From: Sphaerobacter sp.
Lineage (GTDB): Bacteria > Chloroflexota > Chloroflexia > Thermomicrobiales > Thermomicrobiaceae
Length of the DNA stretch: 56,253 nt
Direction: 5' to 3'
NCBI GenBank assembly: GCA_029961075.1
Contig: JASBVL010000060.1
Coordinates: 1 to 56,253, forward strand
Position numbers and translations under genes: made by a program. How positions within the stretch are numbered: position 1 is the stretch's first letter; each line of letters opens with the position of its first letter. This document shows positions 30,350 through 41,878 of the stretch, piece by piece. Below the pieces are notes generated by a model. It was not told the DNA's origin. It worked only from the letters and a program-made list of their open reading frames with translations, and made no database searches.

Positions 30350-30439
30350 GCCCGCCGTCCGGGCGGGCGGGTATCTCCGGTCCGTTTGACAAGGTCCATC
30401 GGTGCCGGTCGGTGCCCGGGGCTCATGGAGTGTGACGAC

Positions 30440-30760
30440 ATAGTCTGGTATCCGCGCCGGGCCGGGGGTTTACCCCCCGGGCTCAGGGGCGAAGCCCACT
30501 GAAGGGGCTGAGCACGGATCGCCGGGTACGCCAGATCTGTTCGTCAGAGTCCATAAGCCGCCGAGCCAGGAGACAAAGCCCACTAAAGGCACTGAGGTCC
30601 GGGATCATCCCCAGCCCCGTTAGTGGGCTTTGCGCTATCAGCCCGGCGGCTGATGAACGTTGACGAATACATTGCCCATTCCTGCCGCCCTGTTCCCAGC
30701 CCGCTGCAGCGGGCTTTTCGTCGTCAGCCCGGCGGCTTTAGCCCGGGCACGCGCCGCCAC
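30440..30760. repeat. Repeat family C cluster. Units: GAAGCCCACTGAAGG, AAAGCCCACTAAAGG, CCGTTAGTGGGCTTTGCGCTATCAGCCCGGCGGCTGAT and CAGCGGGCTTTTCGTCGTCAGCCCGGCGGCTTTAGCCCGGGC.
   Basis: Seen in sequence. It occupies a gene-poor region of about 550 bp. Confidence 0.55.
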
Positions 30761-30924
30761 GGTATCCTCGAACAATTCGTCAACCGCCACGCGCATGGCT
30801 GAGGCGCTACGCGATCCCGGTGCTTGTCCGGGCACGCCACCATCCGGTGACTATTCGCGTAGCGCCTCAGGAGGTTCGGCGAATCGCTTGGCGACCGCAT
30901 CCGCGGTCAAGAGACCGAGGGATA

Positions 30925-31551
<627 letters not shown>

Positions 31552-31687
31552 TCATTCCCTCTTCCTACGCGTGCGTCCATCCGAGTGTAGCATGCGCGGG
31601 GTCGGCATCGGAGGATCCCGCTCGCTGCGCGCAACCCGCGTAACGCCAGGACCCGGCCCGCGTTCCTGCTCGTAGGAGGGGGATGCC

Positions 31688-32230
31688 ATGACGGACGACG
31701 ACCTTCTGCGGCAGGCACAGCGGGGCGATCGCCATGCGCTCGACCGGCTCTTCCGCCGCGAGTGGCAGCCGGTGTACGGGCTGATCTACCACAGCGTCCA
31801 GAACCGGGCCGAGGCCCAGGACCTGACCCAGGAGGTCTTCCTGCGCGCGCTCAAGGGCTTGGACCGCTACGAGCAGCGCGGCATCCCCTTCCGCGCCTTC
31901 CTCACGACGGTGGCGCGCAACCTCCTTCGCGACCGCTGGCGGCGGCCGGGGCCGACGCTGGTGACCATCGACGCCGCGGGAGACCTGGCGACGGCCGAGG
32001 GGCCGGAGCAGCAGGTGCTGGCCGCGTCGACCGCTGAGCGACTTCGCGCGCACCTCGCGACCCTACCCCCCGACTACCAGACCGTGCTCCGTCTCCGCTT
32101 GCTGGAGGACCGGCCCGTGGCCGAGGTCGCCGCGCTCATGGGGCGCAGCCCCGGGGCCATCCGCACCCTGCAGCACCGGGCGCTGACGGCACTCCGCGGC
32201 CGCGTGTTAGAGGAAGGAATGCGACGATGA
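31688..32230 (+). CDS. ECF-type RNA polymerase sigma factor.
   Basis: Region 2 (YGLIYHSVQNRAEAQDLTQEVFLRALK) and region 4 (VAEVAALMGRSPGAIRTLQHRA). RBS TAGGAGGGGG. Confidence 0.9.
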   Translation: MTDDDLLRQAQRGDRHALDRLFRREWQPVYGLIYHSVQNRAEAQDLTQEVFLRALKGLDRYEQRGIPFRAFLTTVARNLLRDRWRRPGPTLVTIDAAGDLATAEGPEQQVLAASTAERLRAHLATLPPDYQTVLRLRLLEDRPVAEVAALMGRSPGAIRTLQHRALTALRGRVLEEGMRR

Positions 32231-33546
32231 GGGGAGAGCCGCAGGTCGAGCAGTTGGACCGCTACATCGACGCGCTCCAGCGCGGCGAGGAGCCACCCGT
32301 CGACACCATCGCCGATCCCGACCTGGCCAGCCTGTGCGCCCTGGCGCGGGAAGTGCGCCGGCTCGGGGCCGCCGGCTGGCCCGAGCCCGGCTTCGAGGCG
32401 CGGGCGGTCGACTGGCTCGCGAGCGAGCTGAGCCGCCCCACGGCGGCAGATGATGACGACCGCGGCGACGCGGTTCCCCCTCCGGCGGCCGACGCGGAGA
32501 CGTGGGCACCGGTGATCCCGCTGGAGCGGCGCGGCTGGGCCCGGCAGGGGTTGGAGCTGGTGGCCGCGGTGCTGGTGGTGGCACTGGTCGCCACGGTGGT
32601 CGCGGCGATCCTGCGCCAGCGGGCCAGCGTCGGCGACGAGCCCGCCCCGGGCGCGCAGCCGGTGATCACCGGCACGCAGCCGACCCCGACCGCCACGCCG
32701 ACACCCACCGTCGCGCCCCTGACCCATGATCCGCGCCTGAGCGCGCTGGAGGCCGCGGCCGGGTTCCAGCTCCTCGCGCCGACCTGGCTGCCGGACGGGT
32801 TCGAACTGGAGCAGACGCTGCCGCCGATGCGCCTGCCAGGCTTCACCAGCGTCCAGTTCACCTACCGCGACGCCGCCGGGGTGCGTGCCCTCACCGTCAC
32901 CCAGGCCTCGCCCTATGAGGAGACGCGGGAGACGATGCCCGCGGAGATCTACGACGCCGCGGTCGAGGTGGACCTCGGCGACGGGGTCACCGCCCGCGTC
33001 TACGAGGGGAGCGAGCGGAGCGAGGTCTGGTGGCAATGGGGACCGACCACGGTCCGCCTAGTGAGCGGGCCGGTCGAGGTCGGCGGCCGCGTCCTCACCG
33101 GGGAGGAACTGGTGGCGATTGCCCGATCGATGGCGCCGGTGGCCGACGCGGACGCCCCGACCAGCCCGCCGCCCGGCGCGGCACTGCCCACCGGCGACGC
33201 GGCCGTCGCACGCGCGCGGGAGTGGGTGAGCGCGATCAACGGCAACCCAGAGGCGACCGTGAGCGAGGTGCGGTTGACGACCGTCGCGGAGCCCGTGGCG
33301 CTCGGCATGCCGGCGCCTGCGGGGATGGACCTGAGCGCGCCCGCGTGGCAGATCGAGTTCGCCGACGCGCTCATCCCGCCGGAGTGCCCTGAGGCGGGCA
33401 GCTCGGTGTGCAGCCATGGTGGGCTGGTGGTGGTCCTCGATGCCGGCACCGGCGCGGTCCTGGGCTGGCACGGCGAGGATGGGCAGTGGCAGCCGCCGGG
33501 CGACGGCGGGACCGACGACGCCGTGACCCAGCCGACCAATCCCTGA
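32227..33546 (+). CDS. Anti-sigma factor-like membrane protein with a large C-terminal extracytoplasmic domain. A paralogue of 22287..24071.
   Basis: ATGA overlap with the sigma gene. N-terminal LDRYIDALQRGEEP, one TM. Confidence 0.65.
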   Translation: MRGEPQVEQLDRYIDALQRGEEPPVDTIADPDLASLCALAREVRRLGAAGWPEPGFEARAVDWLASELSRPTAADDDDRGDAVPPPAADAETWAPVIPLERRGWARQGLELVAAVLVVALVATVVAAILRQRASVGDEPAPGAQPVITGTQPTPTATPTPTVAPLTHDPRLSALEAAAGFQLLAPTWLPDGFELEQTLPPMRLPGFTSVQFTYRDAAGVRALTVTQASPYEETRETMPAEIYDAAVEVDLGDGVTARVYEGSERSEVWWQWGPTTVRLVSGPVEVGGRVLTGEELVAIARSMAPVADADAPTSPPPGAALPTGDAAVARAREWVSAINGNPEATVSEVRLTTVAEPVALGMPAPAGMDLSAPAWQIEFADALIPPECPEAGSSVCSHGGLVVVLDAGTGAVLGWHGEDGQWQPPGDGGTDDAVTQPTNP

Positions 33547-33599
33547 CAGGGCGCGACCGAGCACGATTCGGAAGCGGTCGATGTCCACACCGGTGTTCT

Positions 33600-33840
33600 C
33601 GGGCGGCTCCGTCCGGCACGAGGCCCGCCCCTACCGGAGAACGGCGCGAGCCACCGGTAGGGGCGGGGCTTGTCGAACGGAGCACCGCCCGCGCCATCCT
33701 TCGGGACACGCGGGAGGGCACAAGGCCCTCCCCTACCACACCGAGGCCGCGCCGACGCTGGGGCCGGGGGCCGGCGCGACTCCGTGCGACGCCGGCGCTC
33801 CACGCGGCGGGAAGGCACACGGCCCGCCCCGACCGGTGGA
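33600..33840. repeat. Repeat family B cluster B3. Units: GGCACGAGGCCCGCCCCTACCGG, CCGGTAGGGGCGGGGCTTGTCGAACGGAGCACCGCCC, GGGCACAAGGCCCTCCCCTACC and GGCACACGGCCCGCCCCGACCGG.
   Basis: Seen in sequence. The first two units form an inverted pair capable of a stem-loop. Confidence 0.7.
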
Positions 33841-33866
33841 ACGCCGGTGAGACCGCGCGGGCGGGA

Positions 33867-34904
<1,038 letters not shown>

Positions 34905-35047
34905 GGTCGATGTCGTCTCCTCCCATTCGGCTTCGCGGACAGGGATCCGGTTGCCCTCATTATCACGGCTGGCCCCGGCGGACGCCACACGCCCGGGACA
35001 GTAGTGCCGCCGCGACTGCCCGGCTATACTAGGCCGGCTCCGGACCC

Positions 35048-36289
35048 GTGGGCGAGGTAGTGGCGTTCCGCAGCAGCGAGGAGCGACGAGCGGTGAAGCT
35101 GAGCCTGGGACTCGGCCGCGACCACACACGCATCTTCGTCGGGATGCTCTTCAACGAGGGCTCGCTGGGGATCTATCAGACCCTATGGCCGCTCTACATC
35201 GCCTCGCTCGGCGCCGCCCCGGAGCAGATCGGGCTGGTCATCGGCCTGCTCGGCGCCGCCCGCCTCGTCGCCCTCCTCCCGAGCGGCATGCTCGGCGACC
35301 GGGTGCCGGCGCGCACGCTGATCGTGGGCGGGCGCCTCGCGGTCGCGGTCGGCACGCTGCTCCTCGGGCTGGCGCAGGCGTGGTGGCAGCTCATTCCCGG
35401 GGTGATCATCATCGGCGTCGGCACGATCACCTTCCCGGCGCTGTCCAACGCGGTGGCGGAACTGGCGCATGACAGCCACGAGCGCACCCGCGCGTTCACG
35501 CTGATCTACACGATTGGCCCATCGGCGGCCTGGTTCGTCACCCCAACGATCGGCGGGCTGATCGCCGAGCATGTCAGCCTGCGCGCGCTCCTCTTCGTGG
35601 CCAGCGGGCTGGCCGCCATCTGCGCCGCCATCTTCGCCACCATCGCGGCGGGAGCGGCCACGACGCAGGAGGGGCCGCCGGTGACCTACCGCTCGACCCT
35701 GGCCGAGCGCCCGGTCCGGCAGGTCTTGCTGCTCCAGTTCGTTACCCTTTTCGTGCTGACGATGGGCGTCACCCTGGCGCCGAACTTCCTGCAGGACGTC
35801 CACGCGATCAGCCGCGAGCGGATCGGCTGGCTCGGCTCCTGCGCCGCGGTCGGCAGCGCGCTGCTGGGGCTCACGATCAGCCGGGTCGCCCGGTTCCGCC
35901 GGCCGCTGACCGGGATCGCGCTGGCGACCACGGCCGTCGGGGGCACGCTGCTGCTGCTGCTCGTCGGCCACAGCTTCGCCTGGTTCGTCTTCGCCTACCT
36001 GCTGCGCGGCGGCTACATGGTGGCCTGGTCGACCTACTATGCCGCCCTGGGTGAGGTCACCCCCAACCGGTACCTCGCGCGGGTCTACGCGCTGGCCGAG
36101 CTCTTGGCGGCGGCCGGGCTCATGCTGGCGCCCTTCGCCGCCGGCTGGCTGTACGAGCGGGAGCCGCGGGCGCCGCTGCTCGTCGCCCTCCTCGCGATCC
36201 CGGTGCTGCTGCTGGCGATCGTCGCGGTCGGCCGCCGGCTGCGGGTGGCCCAGCCGGCCGAGCCGACGCTGGCCGGGGAACAGGCCTGA
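35048..36289 (+). CDS. MFS-family transporter.
   Basis: 12 predicted helices. MFS motif-A-like [10 protein letters not shown]. The start is uncertain. Confidence 0.75.
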   Translation: MGEVVAFRSSEERRAVKLSLGLGRDHTRIFVGMLFNEGSLGIYQTLWPLYIASLGAAPEQIGLVIGLLGAARLVALLPSGMLGDRVPARTLIVGGRLAVAVGTLLLGLAQAWWQLIPGVIIIGVGTITFPALSNAVAELAHDSHERTRAFTLIYTIGPSAAWFVTPTIGGLIAEHVSLRALLFVASGLAAICAAIFATIAAGAATTQEGPPVTYRSTLAERPVRQVLLLQFVTLFVLTMGVTLAPNFLQDVHAISRERIGWLGSCAAVGSALLGLTISRVARFRRPLTGIALATTAVGGTLLLLLVGHSFAWFVFAYLLRGGYMVAWSTYYAALGEVTPNRYLARVYALAELLAAAGLMLAPFAAGWLYEREPRAPLLVALLAIPVLLLAIVAVGRRLRVAQPAEPTLAGEQA

Positions 36290-36402
36290 GCGCGGGGCGC
36301 GCCCCGGCTGGTATCCTTGCCGGGCGGGAGCGCGACGCGAACGGTCGCGGCCTGGCCGGTCGCCCGGCTCAGACCGGCGCGCGCCCGGACAGGGAGCCAG
36401 GG

Positions 36403-36936
36403 GTGGCCATCTTCCGACGACGACAGCGTCCCGAGGCGGAGGCGGGTCCGCCGACGACGGCCGACCTGCGCGCGCAGCGTGCGGCGGAGTGGCAGCGCTG
36501 GTTCCAGGGCGCGGCGGCCGAGGCGGACTACCGACGGGCCTTCCTGCAGTACTCCCCCCTGATGTGGGAGATCGTGCAGTCGACCCAGCGGGAGCTGCTC
36601 GCCCTGCTCGTCGGCCGGGTGCCGGCCGAGCTGGGCGTGCCCGCCATCTTCGCGCTCAGCCTCCTCTACAGCCGGCACGCGAAGCCGGACGACGCAGCGC
36701 GCGCGACGCTCGCCACGATCGTCCACGAGCTCGCCCCGGCGCACGCCCGGACCCTGCTGGCGGCGCTGAGCGATGCCTGGCACAACGCCCAGCGCTGCCC
36801 CTACGACGCGCGCGCGCCGCTGGTGCGCGAGGAGTTCACCCGCGCGCTGCGGCGCCTGGCGACGACGAGCGCCGAGGAGGCCGGTGCGATCTCGGCGATC
36901 CAGCAGCAGATCGCGTTCGGCTGGGAGGCGGCGTGA
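36403..36936 (+). CDS. Hypothetical protein, 177 aa.
   Basis: ORF with protein-like composition. GTG start. Confidence 0.45.
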   Translation: MAIFRRRQRPEAEAGPPTTADLRAQRAAEWQRWFQGAAAEADYRRAFLQYSPLMWEIVQSTQRELLALLVGRVPAELGVPAIFALSLLYSRHAKPDDAARATLATIVHELAPAHARTLLAALSDAWHNAQRCPYDARAPLVREEFTRALRRLATTSAEEAGAISAIQQQIAFGWEAA

Positions 36937-36966
36937 GGCGCCGTGCGGGCCGCCGGCTGACGACCC

Positions 36967-37293
36967 CTACCCGCGCACCTGGCCGGCCGCGGTGAGGAGG
37001 CGCTCGAGCACGCGGCCGGCGTCCTCGCCCACGCGGGCGAAGAGCGCCCGGGCTTGCAGCACCTCCACGTCGCCGCCCGCCGCGGCGGCGCGCTCGGCGG
37101 CGCGGAACCCTATCATGCTCACGCCGAGCGGCCCCAGCACCTGCCAGATCAGGTCCTTGAGCTGGGCATAGGTCACCGGGTCGGCCTGCGGCACACTCCA
37201 CTCCTCGATGGTGCGCTGCACGCCCGGCAGACGCTCCCGCAGGATCTCAGCGAGAATCTCGGCTCGGTCGCGGTCCTCCATGAGCCTTACCAT
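36967..37293 (-). CDS. Hypothetical small protein, about 104-108 aa. It is the C-terminal part of the 36967..38073 ORF; start at MVRLMEDRDRAEIL.
   Basis: Protein-like composition restricted to this segment. It is convergent with the upstream gene. Confidence 0.3.
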   Translation of the reverse strand: MVRLMEDRDRAEILAEILRERLPGVQRTIEEWSVPQADPVTYAQLKDLIWQVLGPLGVSMIGFRAAERAAAAGGDVEVLQARALFARVGEDAGRVLERLLTAAGQVRG

Positions 37294-37467
37294 CCCTTGA
37301 TGATGTCGTGCCGTTCCCCGTTCGCTGAGTATGCACTCAGGCGGGGGGCGCTGTCCGCCCACCTCGGTGGTCGGCCACCTGGTCCGGGGCGGCGCACGCC
37401 CCATGCCGGGGCGGGGCGGGCCGCGCTGGCGTATACTGTCCCGCCACAGGGAGAGGAGGGAGCGGCG

Positions 37468-38049
37468 ATGCATGGCCCGTCGTGGATCAATCTGCTCCTG
37501 GGTGCCGGGCTCGCGCTCTGGGTCGTCGAACTGCTCGTCATCTGGCGCGCCGCGACTCGGGAGGGGGCCGACCCGATCGCGCGCGTCTCGGGCGCGGCGA
37601 TCTTCTTCGTCCTGGCCCTGCCGGTCGCGATCGCGGCGCCCGACCTGGTCGAGCGGCTGGCCGGGTTCTGGGAGCGGCTCACCGCGTTCGACGCCGGGAG
37701 CGGGCGGGGCGAACCGGTGGCGCGCCTGGTCATCGGGGGGAAGAGCTTTCCGCTCACCGGCGAGCGCATCCGGATCGGTCGCTTCGGGAACAACGATCTG
37801 GTGCTGGACCACCCGACGGTGTCGGCCTACCACGCGGAGTTGGTGCGGCGGCCGGACGGCCGGTACGAACTGACGGACAACGCGAGCAGCAACGGGACGC
37901 GCATCAACGGCACGCCGATCCGCTCGGCGGTGCTGCGCGACGGCGATCTGATCACCATCGGGGCCCTGTCGATGCACTATCTGATGCGGCCGGCCGGGGA
38001 GCCTGGCCTGGAGGGAGCGCCGCGCCTGAGCCGGCGGCGGGCCGGGTAG
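37468..38049 (+). CDS. Membrane-anchored FHA-domain protein.
   Basis: Two N-terminal hydrophobic helices, then the FHA core (RIRIGRFGNNDLVLDHPTVSAYHAEL...SSNGTRINGT). RBS GAGAGGAGGG. Confidence 0.75.
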   Translation: MHGPSWINLLLGAGLALWVVELLVIWRAATREGADPIARVSGAAIFFVLALPVAIAAPDLVERLAGFWERLTAFDAGSGRGEPVARLVIGGKSFPLTGERIRIGRFGNNDLVLDHPTVSAYHAELVRRPDGRYELTDNASSNGTRINGTPIRSAVLRDGDLITIGALSMHYLMRPAGEPGLEGAPRLSRRRAG

Positions 38050-38148
38050 GGTACGGCGCAAACCAAACACCATCCGGCTGAGGGCGAACCGGATGGTGTG
38101 GTTGGTCGATGGGACAGGCGCTGGGAGTCCCCAGCGCCCGCAGCTTGC

Positions 38149-38481
38149 TTAGTAGCGGCTGTAGCTGCGCTGTCCACGAATCTCCTGGAAGCAGTCCGAG
38201 CAGTAGACCGGCTTGTCATTCCGCGGGACGAAGGGGACCATGGTCTCCTTGCCGCAGTTGCTGCACACGGCCGGGTGCATCGTGCGCTCCGCGCGGGCGC
38301 CATACCCGCCATAGGAGCTACCGCCCGCGTCGCGGCCGGTCTTGGCCGCACGGCGGCACGAGGGGCAGCGCCTGGGCTCGTTGGTGAAGCCCTTCTCTGC
38401 GTAGAACTGCTGCTCACCCGCGGTGAACACGAACTCGGTCCCGCAGTCGCGGCAGGTCAGGGTTTTGTCTGCGAAGCTCAT
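38149..38481 (-). CDS. Zinc-ribbon protein with duplicated CxxC-x17-CxxC (zf-trcl-like).
   Basis: LTCRDCGTEFVFTAGEQQFYAEKGFTNEPRRCPSCR and a second CSNCG...CSDC copy. Confidence 0.72.
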   Translation of the reverse strand: MSFADKTLTCRDCGTEFVFTAGEQQFYAEKGFTNEPRRCPSCRRAAKTGRDAGGSSYGGYGARAERTMHPAVCSNCGKETMVPFVPRNDKPVYCSDCFQEIRGQRSYSRY

Positions 38482-38915
38482 CTCGTCGAGATCTCCTTGA
38501 TTGCGCTAGGCCGCCACGCTGGCGGCGAATCGGATCTTTCGGGTCAGGCTCAGGTTCTCGGCGAGATGGTTCGGAGACAGGCCCTCGCTGCCGCCGTGGA
38601 CACGCGCTTTGAAACCTTGGCCATCGAGTTTAAACATTATCACACTTCGCGACGAAACGCTAGCCCTTTTGGGCTGTTTGCTCCGCACTTGGCCGGGCTG
38701 CCCTGCCTCCCGGGCACCGGCCGCACGGACCGGACGGCCGGAATGGTGGGGCCGGCCGCGGCGTTGATCACCGCGAAGCCGGGCAGGCCGAGGTGGCCCG
38801 CGCACCCGTGGCCGGTCGGCCCATGGTAGAGTCTCCCGCGGGTCCATGCAGCGCATGACCGGCTTCCCGACGCGAGCGCGGCCGCCTCGGAGGCGGCCGC
38901 GCGAGGGAGACGATC

Positions 38916-39701
38916 GTGGCACAGGGTGAGCGCGAGGCACGACGTCGGGGTGGACCAGGTAGCGAGCGGAGCCCGTGGTTCGCCACGCCGCCGCCGCTGC
39001 GCGCCGTGCGCCGCTGGGGAGTCGCCGAGTGGCGCCGGTGGCTGGTCCACCTGGCGGTGCTGATCGCCGGGCTGGCACTCTTCGCACTGGGCCTGGTCTT
39101 GAGCCTCCAGAGCAACCTCGGCGCCAACTCCTGGACCGTCTTCCACGACGGTCTGGCCCGGCGCACGCCGCTGACCATCGGTCAGGCCAGCCAGCTCGTC
39201 GGCTTCCTGATGATCGCCGCGAGCTGGCTGGTCGGCGTGCGCCCCGGCGTCGGGACCGTCCTCAACATGTACCTGGTCGGGCTGTTCATGGACGTCATCC
39301 TGGCCCACGACTGGGTGCCCCTGGCGCAGGCCTACCCGGCGCGGGTAGCGATGCTCCTCGCCTCGGTCGCGGTCCTCGGCCTCGCCACGGGCATCTACAT
39401 CCGGGCCGGGTTCGGCGCCGGCCCGCGCGACAGCTTCAACCTGGCGCTGGTCGCGGTCACGCGGCGCTCGGTCGGCACGGTTCGCTGGCTGGTGGAGGGG
39501 TCCGCCGTCGTCATCGGGATCGTGCTTGGGGGCGACTTTGGCGTCGGCACGATCCTCGCCACGCTCCTGATGGGGCCAGCCGTGGACATCGGCTTCCGGC
39601 TGACCGGCCTGGCCCCCACCGGGACGCCGCGCCGCGCCGTGGATAGACAGCAGGACGAGCCAGCGCCCATAATTGACGAGGTCGAGACGGCAAGCGACTG
39701 A
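38916..39701 (+). CDS. YczE/YitT-like polytopic membrane protein.
   Basis: 6 or more helices. GFGAGPRDSF motif. The start is uncertain. Confidence 0.5.
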   Translation: MAQGEREARRRGGPGSERSPWFATPPPLRAVRRWGVAEWRRWLVHLAVLIAGLALFALGLVLSLQSNLGANSWTVFHDGLARRTPLTIGQASQLVGFLMIAASWLVGVRPGVGTVLNMYLVGLFMDVILAHDWVPLAQAYPARVAMLLASVAVLGLATGIYIRAGFGAGPRDSFNLALVAVTRRSVGTVRWLVEGSAVVIGIVLGGDFGVGTILATLLMGPAVDIGFRLTGLAPTGTPRRAVDRQQDEPAPIIDEVETASD

Positions 39702-39748
39702 GCCGGACGCTGGCGTCCCCGGCGCCCGGCGACGACGGGGAGTGACGG

Positions 39749-40174
39749 GTGACGAGCAGCACGAACGCGGAGACGAACGAGCCGGCCGGCATGGCAGAGC
39801 TGCGCGCCCTGCGTGCGCGGATGCTCCCGATGTTCGAGGCGGTGGCGAGGGAGTACGCCACGCGCACCGAGCCGGGCTACCCGCTCGTCTTCGACAACGT
39901 TGAGGACGGGGGCTTCTTCGGCATCCACCTCGAGCCGGGCTACGGCCTCTACATCATGACCGACGGCCAGTCGGTCTTCGCCCAGATCAACATCATCGGC
40001 TGGCGCACCGACGTGCGCTCCAGCGCCAACAAGGAGAAGTTCGCCGGGCTCCCCTTCGAGGGCGTGCGGCCGGTCAGCAACGACATGAGCGACAGCCAGC
40101 TCCGGAACCTGATCGCGGAGCTGCTCTCCTACTGGAACACCCAGCCGCTGCTGATGAACCACACCGACAGCTAG
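39749..40174 (+). CDS. Hypothetical protein, 141 aa.
   Basis: ORF with protein-like composition. GTG start. Confidence 0.45.
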   Translation: MTSSTNAETNEPAGMAELRALRARMLPMFEAVAREYATRTEPGYPLVFDNVEDGGFFGIHLEPGYGLYIMTDGQSVFAQINIIGWRTDVRSSANKEKFAGLPFEGVRPVSNDMSDSQLRNLIAELLSYWNTQPLLMNHTDS

Positions 40175-40229
40175 GCACCCCGCCGAGCGGCTCGGACGGG
40201 CCGGCGCAGGACGCCTCGCCCGCCGGCGC

Positions 40230-40615
40230 GGGCACGCACGGCGACGCCCCTACCGGGCACGCCAGTCGCCGACCACCGGTAGGGGAGGGCCTTGTGCCCT
40301 CCCACGTCCAACGCGGGCGACGCCGTCCGGGATACGCCCCGCCTCTCGTGGCTGGCGACGGGGGTCTATGGTAGGGGAGGGCCTGGTGCCGGACGGAGCC
40401 TCCCGCGTTTACATCGGGCGGTGCTCCGTTCGACAAGCCCCGCCCCGAGCGGAGAACGGCAGAACGGGCGCGGGGCTGGTCGGTAGGGGCGGGCCGGGCG
40501 CCGACCGGGGGCCGGTGAGGCTCCGTCCGACGCCGGCCCTCCCGGGTCGCCCCGAGCCGCCCGCGCGTGGACGTGGGCGGCTCCGTGCGGCACCCGGCCC
40601 GCCCCTACCGGAGCA
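40230..40615. repeat. Repeat family B cluster B4, the largest. It has five or more units in both orientations: CCGGTAGGGGAGGGCCTTGTGCCC, GGTAGGGGAGGGCCTGGTGCCGG, GGGCGGTGCTCCGTTCGACAAGCCCCGCCCC, GGTAGGGGCGGGCCGGGCGCC and GGCACCCGGCCCGCCCCTACCGG.
   Basis: Seen in sequence. Confidence 0.7.
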
Positions 40616-40665
40616 GGACGACGAGCACCCCGGATCGGGGCGATGGTGCCTGAAGCGGCCGCCAA

Positions 40666-41208
40666 TCACACCGGCGCGAGCGGCCGGTGGGGTGGGGCCG
40701 GCACCGCGACGGTGATGACGTCGCCGGGCCGCACCAGGCCGCTCGCCACGACGACGGCCATGACGCCGGCCTTGCGGATCAGCTTGCCCGCGGCGTCGCG
40801 GTCGAGCACGGCCCGCAGCAGCCCGGTCTGGATCTGCTCGAGCTGCTGGCAGGGGTTGCGCAGCCCGGTGAGCTCCACGATCGCGTCCGGGCCGAGCCGG
40901 AGCCGGGTGCCGGCCGGCAGGCCGAGCAGGTCGATGTCCGCGGTGGTGATGTTCTCGCCCATCTGACCGGGGTGGACGGTGAAGCCGCGGGCGCGCAGCT
41001 CCTCGTGGAGCTCGGCGTGGATCAGGTGCACCTGGCGGAGGTTCGGTTGGTGCGGGTCGCGCGCCACGCGCGAACGATGCTTAACGGTCGGCCCGGCGTG
41101 GGCGTCGCCGGCGACGCCGAGCCCGGCGCGGAGCTCGATCACCGGCTCGTTGCGCTTGCTCAGGGTGTGGCTGGGACTGCGGCTCACCGCCACCACGCGT
41201 CCGGTCAT
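40666..41208 (-). CDS. MOSC-domain protein (YiiM/YcbX-like).
   Basis: MTGRVVAVSRSPSHTLSK...GLGVAGDAHAG...GENITT is the MOSC beta-barrel. RBS GGGAGGA. The track ORF is extended to 41283 through the palindrome. Confidence 0.78.
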   Translation of the reverse strand: MTGRVVAVSRSPSHTLSKRNEPVIELRAGLGVAGDAHAGPTVKHRSRVARDPHQPNLRQVHLIHAELHEELRARGFTVHPGQMGENITTADIDLLGLPAGTRLRLGPDAIVELTGLRNPCQQLEQIQTGLLRAVLDRDAAGKLIRKAGVMAVVVASGLVRPGDVITVAVPAPPHRPLAPV

Positions 41209-41265
41209 GTCGTCCTCCCACGGCGGGGATCCCCTGCCGACGCCGGCACGCACCCGCGCCGGGGG

Positions 41266-41311
41266 ATGTTTCACGTGAAACATGACGGCCGCGATGTTTC
41301 ACGTGAAACAC
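41266..41311. promoter_or_regulatory. Tandem 18-bp palindromes. ATGTTTCACGTGAAACAT lies at 41266-41283 and ATGTTTCACGTGAAACAc at 41294-41311. They are a candidate dimeric-regulator operator pair upstream of the MOSC gene.
   Basis: Perfect dyad symmetry. Two copies lie 28 bp centre to centre, 58 bp upstream of the MOSC start. Confidence 0.5.
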
Positions 41312-41320
41312 GCGCGGGCG

Positions 41321-41773
41321 CTACTCCTCGACGATCCACCCGTCCACGGCGCGCTCGTAGCTCACCAGCTCCTCCGGGCGGAAGAAGAGGCCGATCTCGC
41401 GCTCCGCCGTCTCCGGCCCGTCGGAGGCGTGGATCAGGTTCCGCCCGATGGTCAGGCCCAGGTCGCCGCGGATGGTGCCGGGCGCGGCCTTCACCGGGTC
41501 GGTCGCGCCGACGGTCGCCCGGGTGACCTCGATGGCGCGCGGCCCATCCAGCACGCCCACCACCACCGGCGCGGAGGTGATGTACGCCACCAGCCCGGCG
41601 AAGAAGGGCCGCTCCCGGTGGACCTCGTAGTGCCGCTCGGCCAGCTCCCGCGTGATCTGCATCAGCTTGAGCCCGACGAGCTTCAGCCCGCGGCGCTCCA
41701 GCCGCGCGATGATCTCGCCGACCAGCCCGCGCTGCACGCCATCCGGCTTCACGATGATGAGCGTTTGCTCCAC
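41321..41773 (-). CDS. ndk: Nucleoside diphosphate kinase.
   Basis: [23 protein letters not shown]...NLIHASD (active-site His region). GTG start with GGAGGA RBS. Confidence 0.93.
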   Translation of the reverse strand: MEQTLIIVKPDGVQRGLVGEIIARLERRGLKLVGLKLMQITRELAERHYEVHRERPFFAGLVAYITSAPVVVGVLDGPRAIEVTRATVGATDPVKAAPGTIRGDLGLTIGRNLIHASDGPETAEREIGLFFRPEELVSYERAVDGWIVEE

Positions 41774-41878
41774 CTGCCTGTCCTCCGCTCTACCCGCCTG
41801 GCCCGCATCGGCCAGAGAACGCACAGCACCGCCGGCAATGCCGGCGGTGCTAGCCTACCATAGCCGCTGGCCTGGCCC

